Source of the DNA: Thioalkalivibrio sp.
GTDB taxonomy: Bacteria > Pseudomonadota > Gammaproteobacteria > Ectothiorhodospirales > Ectothiorhodospiraceae
Direction: 5' to 3'
Assembly: GCF_041685615.1 (NCBI RefSeq)
Contig: NZ_JAWLFK010000001.1
Span: 17,766 to 81,765 of the forward strand
Length of the DNA stretch: 64,000 bases
Shown: piece after piece, positions 1-8,362 of the stretch
How positions within the stretch are numbered: the stretch's first letter is position 1
Layout of the letters: every line of letters begins with the position of its first letter
The notes under the pieces: model-generated
The model's input: only the letters and a program-made list of their open reading frames with translations
What the model was told of the DNA's origin: nothing
Database searches by the model: none
Made by a program: the position numbers and the translations under genes

Positions 1-930
1 ACCACCGACATGCTGTTCGACGACAAGCCGCCGGCGGGCCAGCGCGTCGCCCTCATCGGCTCCGGCGTGGTCGCCACCGAGTTCGCCTGGATCTTCCACC
101 ACCTCGGCAAGGACGTCACCTGGCTGAGCCGCTCGAAGCCCCTGTCCGGCCAGAAATTCAGCCCCCAGGCCCTGGGCACCCTGAAGGATCGTCTCGCCGA
201 GGATGGCGTCGAGCCCACCCGCGTCAAGGGCTACGAAAAGGTCGAGACGTCCGACAATGGCGTCACCATCACCGACAGCGAAGGCAACCGCTTCGAGGTC
301 GACTGGGTTCTGCTCGGCACCGGGCGCGCCCCGCACACCGAGGGCCTGAACCTCGACGCGATCGGGGTACAGACTGACGCCCGTGGCTTCGTGAAGCGAC
401 GGCCCACCCTGCAGACCGACGTCGACAACATCTACGTCATCGGCGACGTCGCCAGCGAGTGGCAGACCGCCAACCACGCCCTGGCCGACGCGACCATCGC
501 GGTCGAGAACATCCAGAACGGCAACACCCGCAAACAGGACGAGCGCTTTGTCCCGATCGCGATCTACTCCGCCGTCGAGATGGCCCGCCTGGGCATGGAC
601 GAGGACGACGCCGAGGACGAGGAACTGGAACCGGCGGTCGGCTTCGCCGCCTTCGAAACCTCCCCGCGCGCCTTGGGCCAAGACGAGCCCGAGGGCTTCG
701 TGCGCCTGATCGGCGACATGGACACCGGGGCCCTGCTGGGCGGCGAGGTGATCGGCGCCGACGCCGGCGAACTGATCCACATCCTGTCGCTGGCCCCCGA
801 CCGCGACACCGCTCTGGCCTGGATCGCCAAGGGGCAATGGAACCACCCGACCCGCGCCGAGGAATTCCTCAACGCCACCGAAACCCTCGCCTCCAAATGG
901 AACCTCAAGTCCGAGATCTTCGGTCTCTGA
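1..930 (+). CDS. Pyridine nucleotide-disulfide oxidoreductase (dihydrolipoamide dehydrogenase-like), 5' truncated by the window edge
   Basis: The frame is open from base 1. NAD-binding motif IGSGVVATEF, ATGRxP-like GTGRAPHT, IGDV motif, and a C-terminal dimerisation domain with HPTRAEE (HPTxxE). Confidence 0.85.
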   Translation, partial: TTDMLFDDKPPAGQRVALIGSGVVATEFAWIFHHLGKDVTWLSRSKPLSGQKFSPQALGTLKDRLAEDGVEPTRVKGYEKVETSDNGVTITDSEGNRFEVDWVLLGTGRAPHTEGLNLDAIGVQTDARGFVKRRPTLQTDVDNIYVIGDVASEWQTANHALADATIAVENIQNGNTRKQDERFVPIAIYSAVEMARLGMDEDDAEDEELEPAVGFAAFETSPRALGQDEPEGFVRLIGDMDTGALLGGEVIGADAGELIHILSLAPDRDTALAWIAKGQWNHPTRAEEFLNATETLASKWNLKSEIFGL

Positions 931-1418
931 TCAGGCCGGAACCCGCCCGGTTGCCCTGGACTAGCGCTCGCCCCGGGCGCGCTTGGCAGCCAGACCGCCG
1001 CGAGTCCGGAGCTCCTGCCCCGTTCCCTGAGGAACCCCTCCCGGGCGACCCCGTTTTCCGTCATGCGCGCTCCCCGAGAGTCCGCCCGCCCCGGTCCGGA
1101 GCGGTCTCAGCGCATGCACCCGTACCCCGCCCTGTTGCGGCAGCCTCGATCGTCCTGGCGCCCGGGATCGCCTCCGGCGCGCGATAGGGCCCCTGGCCAC
1201 CGCCTGCTGCGCGCGCAACAGCGCGCAAAGCGCCAGCAACGGGGCCCGGACAAGCCATCCGCACCGGCCCCGCCAAAGCGTCTGGTGAAATGCAGGATTC
1301 ATGGGCGGACCGTAGCGCGGTGCGGGCGTTTCGCGACGCAAAGTGGCCCCTCTACGGGGCATTTTTCCGGCCGGGGCGATGCTGCAGTCCCCAACCCCGG
1401 CCAGCGTTCCCCCAAACG

Positions 1419-1444
1419 AAAAAAGCCCCGCACAAGGCGGAGCT
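1419..1444 (-). terminator. Rho-independent terminator of cspA
   Basis: Minus strand reads gagctccgcc-ttgt-gcggggct followed by a T-run, just past the cspA stop. Confidence 0.75.
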
Positions 1445-1479
1445 CTCCGGCAACCTGGCGCTTGCGCGCCGGGGTTGTC

Positions 1480-1683
1480 TTACTGCGCTTCGACGTTCGC
1501 GGCGGCCGGACCCTTCTGGCCCTGCTCGACGTCAAACGAGACGCTCTGACCTTCGGCCAGCGACTTGAAGCCGCTACCCTGGATGGCGCTGTGATGGACG
1601 AACACGTCCTTGGAGCCATCGGTCGGGGTAATAAAGCCAAAGCCTTTTTCGTCGCTAAACCATTTCACTGTACCTGTAGCCAT
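1480..1683 (-). CDS. cspA: Cold-shock protein
   Basis: [18 protein letters not shown]...DVFVHHSAI...[10 protein letters not shown] with RNP1/RNP2 motifs; start placed at ATG 1683 (67 aa). Confidence 0.97.
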   Translation of the reverse strand: MATGTVKWFSDEKGFGFITPTDGSKDVFVHHSAIQGSGFKSLAEGQSVSFDVEQGQKGPAAANVEAQ

Positions 1684-2048
1684 TTCGGTTACCTCTGATT
1701 GTTCATAGTAGATTGGGTGTTTCGAGGAGGAGAGACTGGAGGGCAACCGAACGACGGTGAAGATTGATCGTGATTCTCTGCGGCCCCAACCGGGACCGGA
1801 ACTGCGAATCTGAACGCCCCTTGCGGGGTGTCGCCTGGTGCTGCATGGAGCCTGTTACCGTTACCTCGCGGCCATTGTCCGCCCAAACCGCCATGCATTG
1901 ATAGTGTTTTTTTCGGTTTTTCTCGTGCGCCCCGTCGAAACCCCTTTGATATCCATCGCTTGGGAACGAATTTAATTTCGGGCCGGCACCCGTCGAAGCG
2001 ATTTCGAGCCGACAGCGGCAGGAAAAACGGCTGCGGCCGCCGTTCGCC

Positions 2049-3965
2049 TCAGCCAGCCCCCTCCCCGCCCGGCGGGGTTGCGACGACTTCATCCAGCGCC
2101 AGCGGCAGCGGAACATGCAGCGATGCCGCCATCACCCGCAGCAGCTCGACTTCGGCCGCGACCACCTGCCCGCCATGGCCCGCGGTGGCCACCATCGCGC
2201 GGATCAGGCGATCCTTGTCGCGCATGCGCAGGGCATCCAGCTGTTCCAGAACGCGGTCCAGCACGCTGGCCCAGGCACGCGCACCCGCCACCCCGGTCAG
2301 GGCCTCCGGGATTTCGGCCGCCAGCGGCAGGGTCCCGGTCAGTACGCCGATACCGGCCGTGAGCGCCGCGCTCGCCGCCGCGGGGTCGTCCGGATGACCG
2401 TGATGCGCCAGAACCGCCAGCAGGTAGTGCGCGTTTTCCTGATAGGCATCCAGCGAGGCATGCCCTGGGCGGGACGCCCCCGCCGGGTCCTGAACATCGC
2501 GGAGTTGCCGGTCCAGAAGATGCCCCAGCGCGTATTCGAACACCACCACCTGGCCGTCGACATGAATCAGACGATCGACCAGTTTCCGAAGCCGTGTCCG
2601 CTGGTCCGGATCAAGCCGACGCAGTGTCGGAAACCCGAGTTCCAGAAGCGGCAGGCGCAGATCCTCGCGCAGCACCGGTTCCGCATCCCGCAGGCGCCGC
2701 ACGGCCTCCTGGCGCTCGCGACCCAGCGCCTCGCCAATCATCGCCAGCTGGCGCTCGCGCGCCTCGGTCTCGCGGCTCAGGAGCAAATACAACACCACAT
2801 CGATCACCCGCGCCTCCGAGCGCGCTGCCCAGGCGAGCGGCCCCGGGATGGCCGCGAGCAGCATGCCGGCGCCCAGGAAGTGGGTAAGCGCCGGGTGCCC
2901 ACCGAGGGCATCGCCCACGGCCTCTGCACCCGGCAGGCGCCCCTCGCGCTCGCGCTGCATGCCGTCCACCGCACGCTCGCGGGCGCGTTTGCGTACCCGG
3001 GCATTGAGCCGTTCGCGCAGCCCCTTCAGCTCTTCGGGGTCGAACTGCGGCTGGAGGATTCGCACGCGGTCCAGCAATGGCGGGTGGGTCTCGAAGATCT
3101 GCCCGATCGCGTCGCTGGCGAACAGCATGTGGCTGATCTCCTCGGTGTTGCCGTTCAGCCCGGCATAGCGCGTCGCGACCTTTTTCAGCGCCCCGGTCAG
3201 GCCATCCGGCTCGCGGGTGAACTGCACGGCGTGGGCATCCGCCAGGTATTCGCGCTGGCGCGAGATGCCCGCCCGGATCCAGCGCGCCAGGGCCAGCCCG
3301 GCATAGCCGACCACGATCAGGGTGACACTGAGCACCCCGATCCCGGTTTCCGCGCCGTCGCCCTGGTGCCGGCGCCGCCGGCGGGTCAGCCCGCCCTGGC
3401 CCAGCAAGGCCAGGACCTCGATTCCGTAGAGGACGCCGATCAGGCGCATGTTGAGGCGCATGTCGCCATTGAGGATATGCCCGAACTCGTGCGCCACCAC
3501 CCCCTTCAGCTCCGACCGTTCGAGGCTGTCCAGCGCGCCGCGGGTCACGGCGATCACCGCGTCGTGCGGCGCAAAGCCGGCGGCGAAGGCATTGATGCCC
3601 AGGTCTTGCTCGAGCACGTAGATCTCGGGCACCGGCACCCCCGAGGCGATCGCCATCTCCTCGACGACGTTACGCAACAGACGTTGCTGCGGATCGGCGG
3701 GATGGCCTTCGAGGCGGACACCCCCCATCTCCAGTGCAATCAGGCGGCCACCACCCTCACGCAGCCGCCAGGCGCGGTACAGGCTCGCGAGGACAATCAG
3801 GCCCGCCGTGAGGCCCATGGTCCAGGCGGTAGCCTCGGCGCCACCCCCAATGGCCCAGACAATCAGCCCCAGAGACCCGACGATCACCAGCACCGCCACG
3901 ACGAACAGCACCAGCAATAAGCGGGTCCTGCGTTGCGCCTGGTCCTGCTGCCGGAAGAAATTCAT
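2049..3965 (-). CDS. M48 family (HtpX-like) membrane zinc metallopeptidase with long C-terminal extension
   Basis: Starts MNFF with N-terminal TM helices; INAFAAG, AHEFGHILNGD (HExxH), REYLADA and THPPL motifs. Confidence 0.9.
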   Translation of the reverse strand: MNFFRQQDQAQRRTRLLLVLFVVAVLVIVGSLGLIVWAIGGGAEATAWTMGLTAGLIVLASLYRAWRLREGGGRLIALEMGGVRLEGHPADPQQRLLRNVVEEMAIASGVPVPEIYVLEQDLGINAFAAGFAPHDAVIAVTRGALDSLERSELKGVVAHEFGHILNGDMRLNMRLIGVLYGIEVLALLGQGGLTRRRRRHQGDGAETGIGVLSVTLIVVGYAGLALARWIRAGISRQREYLADAHAVQFTREPDGLTGALKKVATRYAGLNGNTEEISHMLFASDAIGQIFETHPPLLDRVRILQPQFDPEELKGLRERLNARVRKRARERAVDGMQREREGRLPGAEAVGDALGGHPALTHFLGAGMLLAAIPGPLAWAARSEARVIDVVLYLLLSRETEARERQLAMIGEALGRERQEAVRRLRDAEPVLREDLRLPLLELGFPTLRRLDPDQRTRLRKLVDRLIHVDGQVVVFEYALGHLLDRQLRDVQDPAGASRPGHASLDAYQENAHYLLAVLAHHGHPDDPAAASAALTAGIGVLTGTLPLAAEIPEALTGVAGARAWASVLDRVLEQLDALRMRDKDRLIRAMVATAGHGGQVVAAEVELLRVMAASLHVPLPLALDEVVATPPGGEGAG

Positions 3966-4096
3966 GGCCGCCCCTTGCCACCGGGAAACGGCCACCACAC
4001 GCGTACAGGGGGGCCGCGAGCCGAGCGTAGCAGGGCAGGGGGTGCGGGGGAATCGGTCGCCTGCGTCTGCGGCGAAGCCGGACGACCAGGGGCTGT

Positions 4097-5485
4097 TCAG
4101 TCGCCGGCGACCGTCATGGACTCGACCAAGATGGAACCGGTGTGGATGTTGCCGCGGCGGTCGACGTCGGTGCCCACGGCCGCCATCCGCTGGAACATGT
4201 CCTTCAGGTTGCCGGCGATGGTGATCTCCTCCACCGGGTACTGCAGCTCGCCGTTCTCCACCCAGAAACCGGCCGCCCCCCGCGAGTAGTCGCCGGTGAC
4301 CATGTTCACCCCCTGGCCGATCAACTCGGTGACGAGGAACCCGGTCCCCATCTCCGCCAGCAGGGAGGCGAAGTCCTTGTCACCCGGGGCCACGGTCACA
4401 TTGCGCGCCCCACCGGCGTTGCCGGTGGTCTCGAGCCCGAGACGGCGCGCCGCGTAACTGTCGAGGGTGTAACTTTGCAGCACGCCGTCGGCGATCAGGG
4501 GGCGGTTGCGGGTGCGCACGCCCTCGCCATCAAAGGGCGCGCTACCCAGCGCGCGCGGGGTCAGCGGGCACTCCTCGATCTGCATCCAGGCGGGGAACAC
4601 TGTCTCGCCGACGGCGTTCAGCAGGAACGAGCTCTCGCGGTACTGCGCCGGACCGGAGATCGCACGGGTGAAGCTGCCAATCAGCGTGCGCGCCATCTCC
4701 GGCGCGAACAGCACCGGACAGTTACGGGTGGACAGCTTGCGCCCGCCCAGCCGGCGCACGGTGCGCTCGGCGGCCTCGCGACCGACCTGCTCGGCGGCGA
4801 TCAGGTCATCCGCGTGCCGCGCGACAGTGTAGGCATAGTCGCGCTGCATGCCGGCAGCATTGCGGGCCACCAGCGCGCAGGACAGCGAGTGGCGCGTGCT
4901 GCGATAACCGCCCATGAACCCCTGGCTGTCACCGAGAAAGGCGATCGCGCGCCGGGTACTGATACTGGCACCCTCGGAGTTCTCGATGCGCTCGTCGGCC
5001 GCGAATCCGGCGGCCTCAATGGCACGCGCCAGCTCGGTGGCATCAGCGGCGCCGCAATCCCACGGGTGGTCCAGATCGAGGTCATCCCAGTCGGCCGCCT
5101 TGAACGCGGGGTCGGGCATCCCGGCGTACGGGTCCGGCTCGGTATAGCGGGCAATGCGGCAGGCCGCCTCGACCGTGTCGATCAGGGCCTGGTCGCTGAA
5201 ATCGGTGGTGGAGGCAGCGCCCTTGGATTGGCCGATATAGACGATCAGCGAAAGGCTCTGGTCGCGCTCGTGCTCGAGCGTCTCGATCTCGCCCTTGCGC
5301 ACGCCCAGCTCCAGGCCGACGCTGTGGCTGACCACGGTCTGGACGCCCGAGGCACCGCGCTCGCGCGCGGCCTCCAGCGTGCGCTGCACCCGCGCCTGGA
5401 GGGACTCCGGCGAATGGGACAGGGCCTGGACCTCGCCTTCCTGGGACACGGGTTCCGGGATCGCGCGTTCGGGAGATGTACTCAT
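4097..5485 (-). CDS. pmbA: Metalloprotease PmbA/TldE
   Basis: PFDGEG, GQGVNMVTGDYSRGAAGFWVENGE and EITIAGNL motifs. Confidence 0.96.
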   Translation of the reverse strand: MSTSPERAIPEPVSQEGEVQALSHSPESLQARVQRTLEAARERGASGVQTVVSHSVGLELGVRKGEIETLEHERDQSLSLIVYIGQSKGAASTTDFSDQALIDTVEAACRIARYTEPDPYAGMPDPAFKAADWDDLDLDHPWDCGAADATELARAIEAAGFAADERIENSEGASISTRRAIAFLGDSQGFMGGYRSTRHSLSCALVARNAAGMQRDYAYTVARHADDLIAAEQVGREAAERTVRRLGGRKLSTRNCPVLFAPEMARTLIGSFTRAISGPAQYRESSFLLNAVGETVFPAWMQIEECPLTPRALGSAPFDGEGVRTRNRPLIADGVLQSYTLDSYAARRLGLETTGNAGGARNVTVAPGDKDFASLLAEMGTGFLVTELIGQGVNMVTGDYSRGAAGFWVENGELQYPVEEITIAGNLKDMFQRMAAVGTDVDRRGNIHTGSILVESMTVAGD

Positions 5486-5526
5486 GCAGGGTTCCGCTAC
5501 TCGATGGCTGATCGGGGATCTTGAGG

Positions 5527-5553
5527 AAAAGGCCCCGGGCCGTATGGCCCGGG
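5527..5553 (-). terminator. Possible terminator hairpin between the small ORF and pmbA
   Basis: cccgggcc-gtat-ggcccggg stem, followed on the minus strand by gccTTTT. Confidence 0.45.
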
Positions 5554-5574
5554 CGGGGACCGGTCGAGGGCCTT

Positions 5575-5838
5575 CTAGTCGAACCGGGTGCCGTGCTTGT
5601 GGACCGCGCCGGCGTTGCCCCAGCGCTCCATGTCGTCGACGTGCACGCCGACCCAGTAGAGCATGCCGACGCTGTCGCGCGTCCAGCCGCCCACCAGGTC
5701 CTGGCCTTCGCCCAGCTCGATGTGGTGGGCGAATTGCTCGGCCTTTTCACGCGCACGGAAGACATGCCACTGCACGATCTTGTCGTGGCCGTTCCCTTCC
5801 GGCAGGGAACGTTCCTGTTCAAGGAAATCGAGATTCAT
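5575..5838 (-). CDS. Hypothetical protein, 87 aa
   Basis: ATG with upstream GGAGG; natural-looking composition; fills the tldD-pmbA gap. Confidence 0.75.
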   Translation of the reverse strand: MNLDFLEQERSLPEGNGHDKIVQWHVFRAREKAEQFAHHIELGEGQDLVGGWTRDSVGMLYWVGVHVDDMERWGNAGAVHKHGTRFD

Positions 5839-5880
5839 TCTGCTGCCTCCTTGTCGCCCTTTTTTCCGGTGCCGCGCCCG

Positions 5881-7323
5881 TCAGGCCGCCTGGGTACCGC
5901 CCACGGTCATGCCATCAATGCGAAGCGTGGGCTGCCCCACGCCGACCGGCACGCCCTGGCCCTCCTTGCCGCAGGTGCCGATGCCGGAATCGAGCTTCAT
6001 GTCGTTCCCGATCATGGACACCCGAGTCAGGACATCCGGACCATTCCCGATCAGGGTCGCACCCTTGACCGGGTACGTCACCTTGCCGTTCTCCACCCGG
6101 TAGGCCTCCGAAGCGGAAAACACGAACTTGCCGGAGGTGATATCCACCTGGCCACCGCCAAAGTTGACCGCGTACAGGCCATCGTCCACCGAGGCCAGGA
6201 TCTCCTCCGGATCAGCGTCGCCCCCGAGCATGTAGGTATTGGTCATGCGCGGCATCGGGAGCCGGGCATAGGACTCGCGGCGGCCATTGCCAGTCGAGCC
6301 CGTACCCATCAGCCGGGCGTTCATCTCGTCCTGCATGTAGCCACGCAGCACGCCGTCCTCGATCAGCACGGTTTGCTGGGTCGGGTTGCCCTCGTCGTCG
6401 ACATTCAGCGATCCGCGACGACCCTCCAGGGTGCCGTCGTCGACAATGGTGATGCCCCGGGCCGCCACCTGTTCGCCGACGCGCCCGGAGAACGCCGAGG
6501 TCCCCTTGCGGTTGAAATCCCCCTCCAGCCCGTGGCCAATGGCCTCGTGCAGCAGCACGCCCGGCCAGCCGGGGCCCAGCACCACCTTCATGGTGCCGGC
6601 CGGGGCCTCGCGTGCCTCAAGGTTCACCAGGGCCTGGCGCACCGCCTCGCGGGCATAGCCGGCGGCACGACCCTCCTCCCGGAAGTACTGGTAGCCGAAG
6701 CGACCGCCACCACCGGACGTACCGGACTCGCGCCGGCCGCCCTGCTCGACGATGACCTGCACATTCAGGCGCACCAGCGGACGCACATCAGTGGTCATTT
6801 CGCCACGGGCGTTGAGCACCAGCACAACCTCGTGTACCCCGGCCAGCGAACACATCACCTGGGTCACGCGGGAATCCTCGGCGCGGGCGACGGCGTCCAC
6901 TTCCTTGAGGAGATCGATCTTCGCCTGCTCGCCGAGCGAATCCAGCGGGTTGTCGGGGGCATAAAGCGCCGGGCACGAGGGCGAACGCGACGCCACCGCG
7001 ATGCGCCCGCTCTGGCCGGCGCTGGCGATGCTGCGCGCGGTCTTCGCGGCCTCCAGCATGGCCGGCATCGCGATGTCGTCGGAGTAGGCGAACCCGGTCT
7101 GCTCGCCGCGCACCACGCGGATACCGACCCCGCGCTCGATATTGAAGCTGGCGGATTTCACGATGCCATCCTCCAGCGACCAGCCTTCCTGGCTGGCGAA
7201 CTGGAAGTAGCAGTCCCCCCCATCGATACCGTGACCGAAGGTGGTGCCCAGAAGGGTGCTCAGCTCGCTGTCGCCGAGACCGGCGGGGTCGAGCAGGGTC
7301 TGTTGCGCAAGGCGGTCGATCAT
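5881..7323 (-). CDS. tldD: Metalloprotease TldD
   Basis: GWPGVLLHEAIGHGLEGDFNRKG, RMTNTYM and CGKEGQGVPVGVGQPTL motifs; start at ATG 7323. Confidence 0.97.
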   Translation of the reverse strand: MIDRLAQQTLLDPAGLGDSELSTLLGTTFGHGIDGGDCYFQFASQEGWSLEDGIVKSASFNIERGVGIRVVRGEQTGFAYSDDIAMPAMLEAAKTARSIASAGQSGRIAVASRSPSCPALYAPDNPLDSLGEQAKIDLLKEVDAVARAEDSRVTQVMCSLAGVHEVVLVLNARGEMTTDVRPLVRLNVQVIVEQGGRRESGTSGGGGRFGYQYFREEGRAAGYAREAVRQALVNLEAREAPAGTMKVVLGPGWPGVLLHEAIGHGLEGDFNRKGTSAFSGRVGEQVAARGITIVDDGTLEGRRGSLNVDDEGNPTQQTVLIEDGVLRGYMQDEMNARLMGTGSTGNGRRESYARLPMPRMTNTYMLGGDADPEEILASVDDGLYAVNFGGGQVDITSGKFVFSASEAYRVENGKVTYPVKGATLIGNGPDVLTRVSMIGNDMKLDSGIGTCGKEGQGVPVGVGQPTLRIDGMTVGGTQAA

Positions 7324-7475
7324 GGAGTCCTCTTGGGTTCCGGAGATCCGTCGTCCCCCCTGAGTGAGGACGGAACGGTGTTCGGCCATTCAGTATGGAG
7401 CTTGGGGCACCGCTCGCGCTTTCAAGCGCGCGGGCGTTGCGGGTTTATCCAGCGCCACGGCCAATCGCAAGGCCA

Positions 7476-8306
7476 TCATGTGGTTCCGGGGCACGGCAGG
7501 CGGCGGTGCTCAACCGCCGGGAAGCTGTTGCGGATGCGCTCGGCCTGAGTATGGTCCAGATTGGCTACCAGCACCCCGGGATTGCGCTGCAGCTGCCCCA
7601 CCACGCGCCCCCAGGGGTCCACCAGGGCGCTGTGTCCGAAGGTCTCGCGGCCGTTCACATGGAAACCACCCTGGGCCGCGGAGAGCATGTAGTACTGGTT
7701 CTCGATGGCACGGGCCCGCAGCAGGACATCCCAGTGTGCCTGTCCGGTCTGCGCGGTGAAGGCCGCCGGCAGGGCCACCCATTCCGCGCCCTGGTCCAGC
7801 AGTGCCCGGAACAGCTCGGGGAAGCGCAGGTCGTAGCAGATCGCCAGGCCCATGCGCCCCACCGGGGTATCCACGACCACCACGCGGTCACCGCTCTCGA
7901 AGACCTTCGACTCGGTGTAGGCCTCGGTGCTGTCGGGCAGACGCACATCAAACAGGTGGATCTTGTCGTAGCGCGCCACCTGCTGCCCCTGATCGTCGAA
8001 CACCAGACAGGCCGAGCGCGCACGCTTGCCGTCCTTCGTCTGCAACGGGATGGTTCCGCCGACGATCCACAGCCCCAATCGCCGGGCCTGCTCCGCCAGG
8101 AATGCCTGTAACGGCCCGGCGCCGTCGGCAACCTCAGCGATCTCGAGGACACCGGTTTCCTGCATACCCATGAAGGCGAAGTTCTCCGGCAGCACGGCCA
8201 GGCACGCGCCCTTGTCGGCGGCCTCCTGCAGCAATCGCTTCGCCTCCAGCAGATTCGCCTGGGGCTGGGGTCCGGAGGCCATCTGGATGGCCGCTACCTG
8301 AGTCAT
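7476..8306 (-). CDS. Carbon-nitrogen hydrolase (Nit1/deaminated glutathione amidase-like)
   Basis: LPENF, YDKIHLFD, ICYDLRFPEL and RAIENQ give the Glu-Lys-Cys triad; conserved yhdP-nit-tldD synteny. Confidence 0.93.
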   Translation of the reverse strand: MTQVAAIQMASGPQPQANLLEAKRLLQEAADKGACLAVLPENFAFMGMQETGVLEIAEVADGAGPLQAFLAEQARRLGLWIVGGTIPLQTKDGKRARSACLVFDDQGQQVARYDKIHLFDVRLPDSTEAYTESKVFESGDRVVVVDTPVGRMGLAICYDLRFPELFRALLDQGAEWVALPAAFTAQTGQAHWDVLLRARAIENQYYMLSAAQGGFHVNGRETFGHSALVDPWGRVVGQLQRNPGVLVANLDHTQAERIRNSFPAVEHRRLPCPGTT

Positions 8307-8362
8307 GTTGCTCCGCTCGTCCGTTGCGAGACCGGCCAGGGCAGCCGAAGCCCTGCCGGGTG

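Noticed and set aside
961-1362. Minus-strand ORF fragments downstream of cspA (one frame reads YRAPEAIPGARTIEAA, faintly rhodanese-like)
   Set aside because: Low-complexity Arg/Gly/Pro composition, and the similarity needs frameshifts; cannot be supported without a search.
2049-8306. RiPP/microcin cluster (TldD/E, peptidase, small ORF)
   Set aside because: rng-yhdP-nitrilase-tldD-pmbA is ordinary conserved synteny; no YcaO, cyclodehydratase or precursor-like peptide is present.
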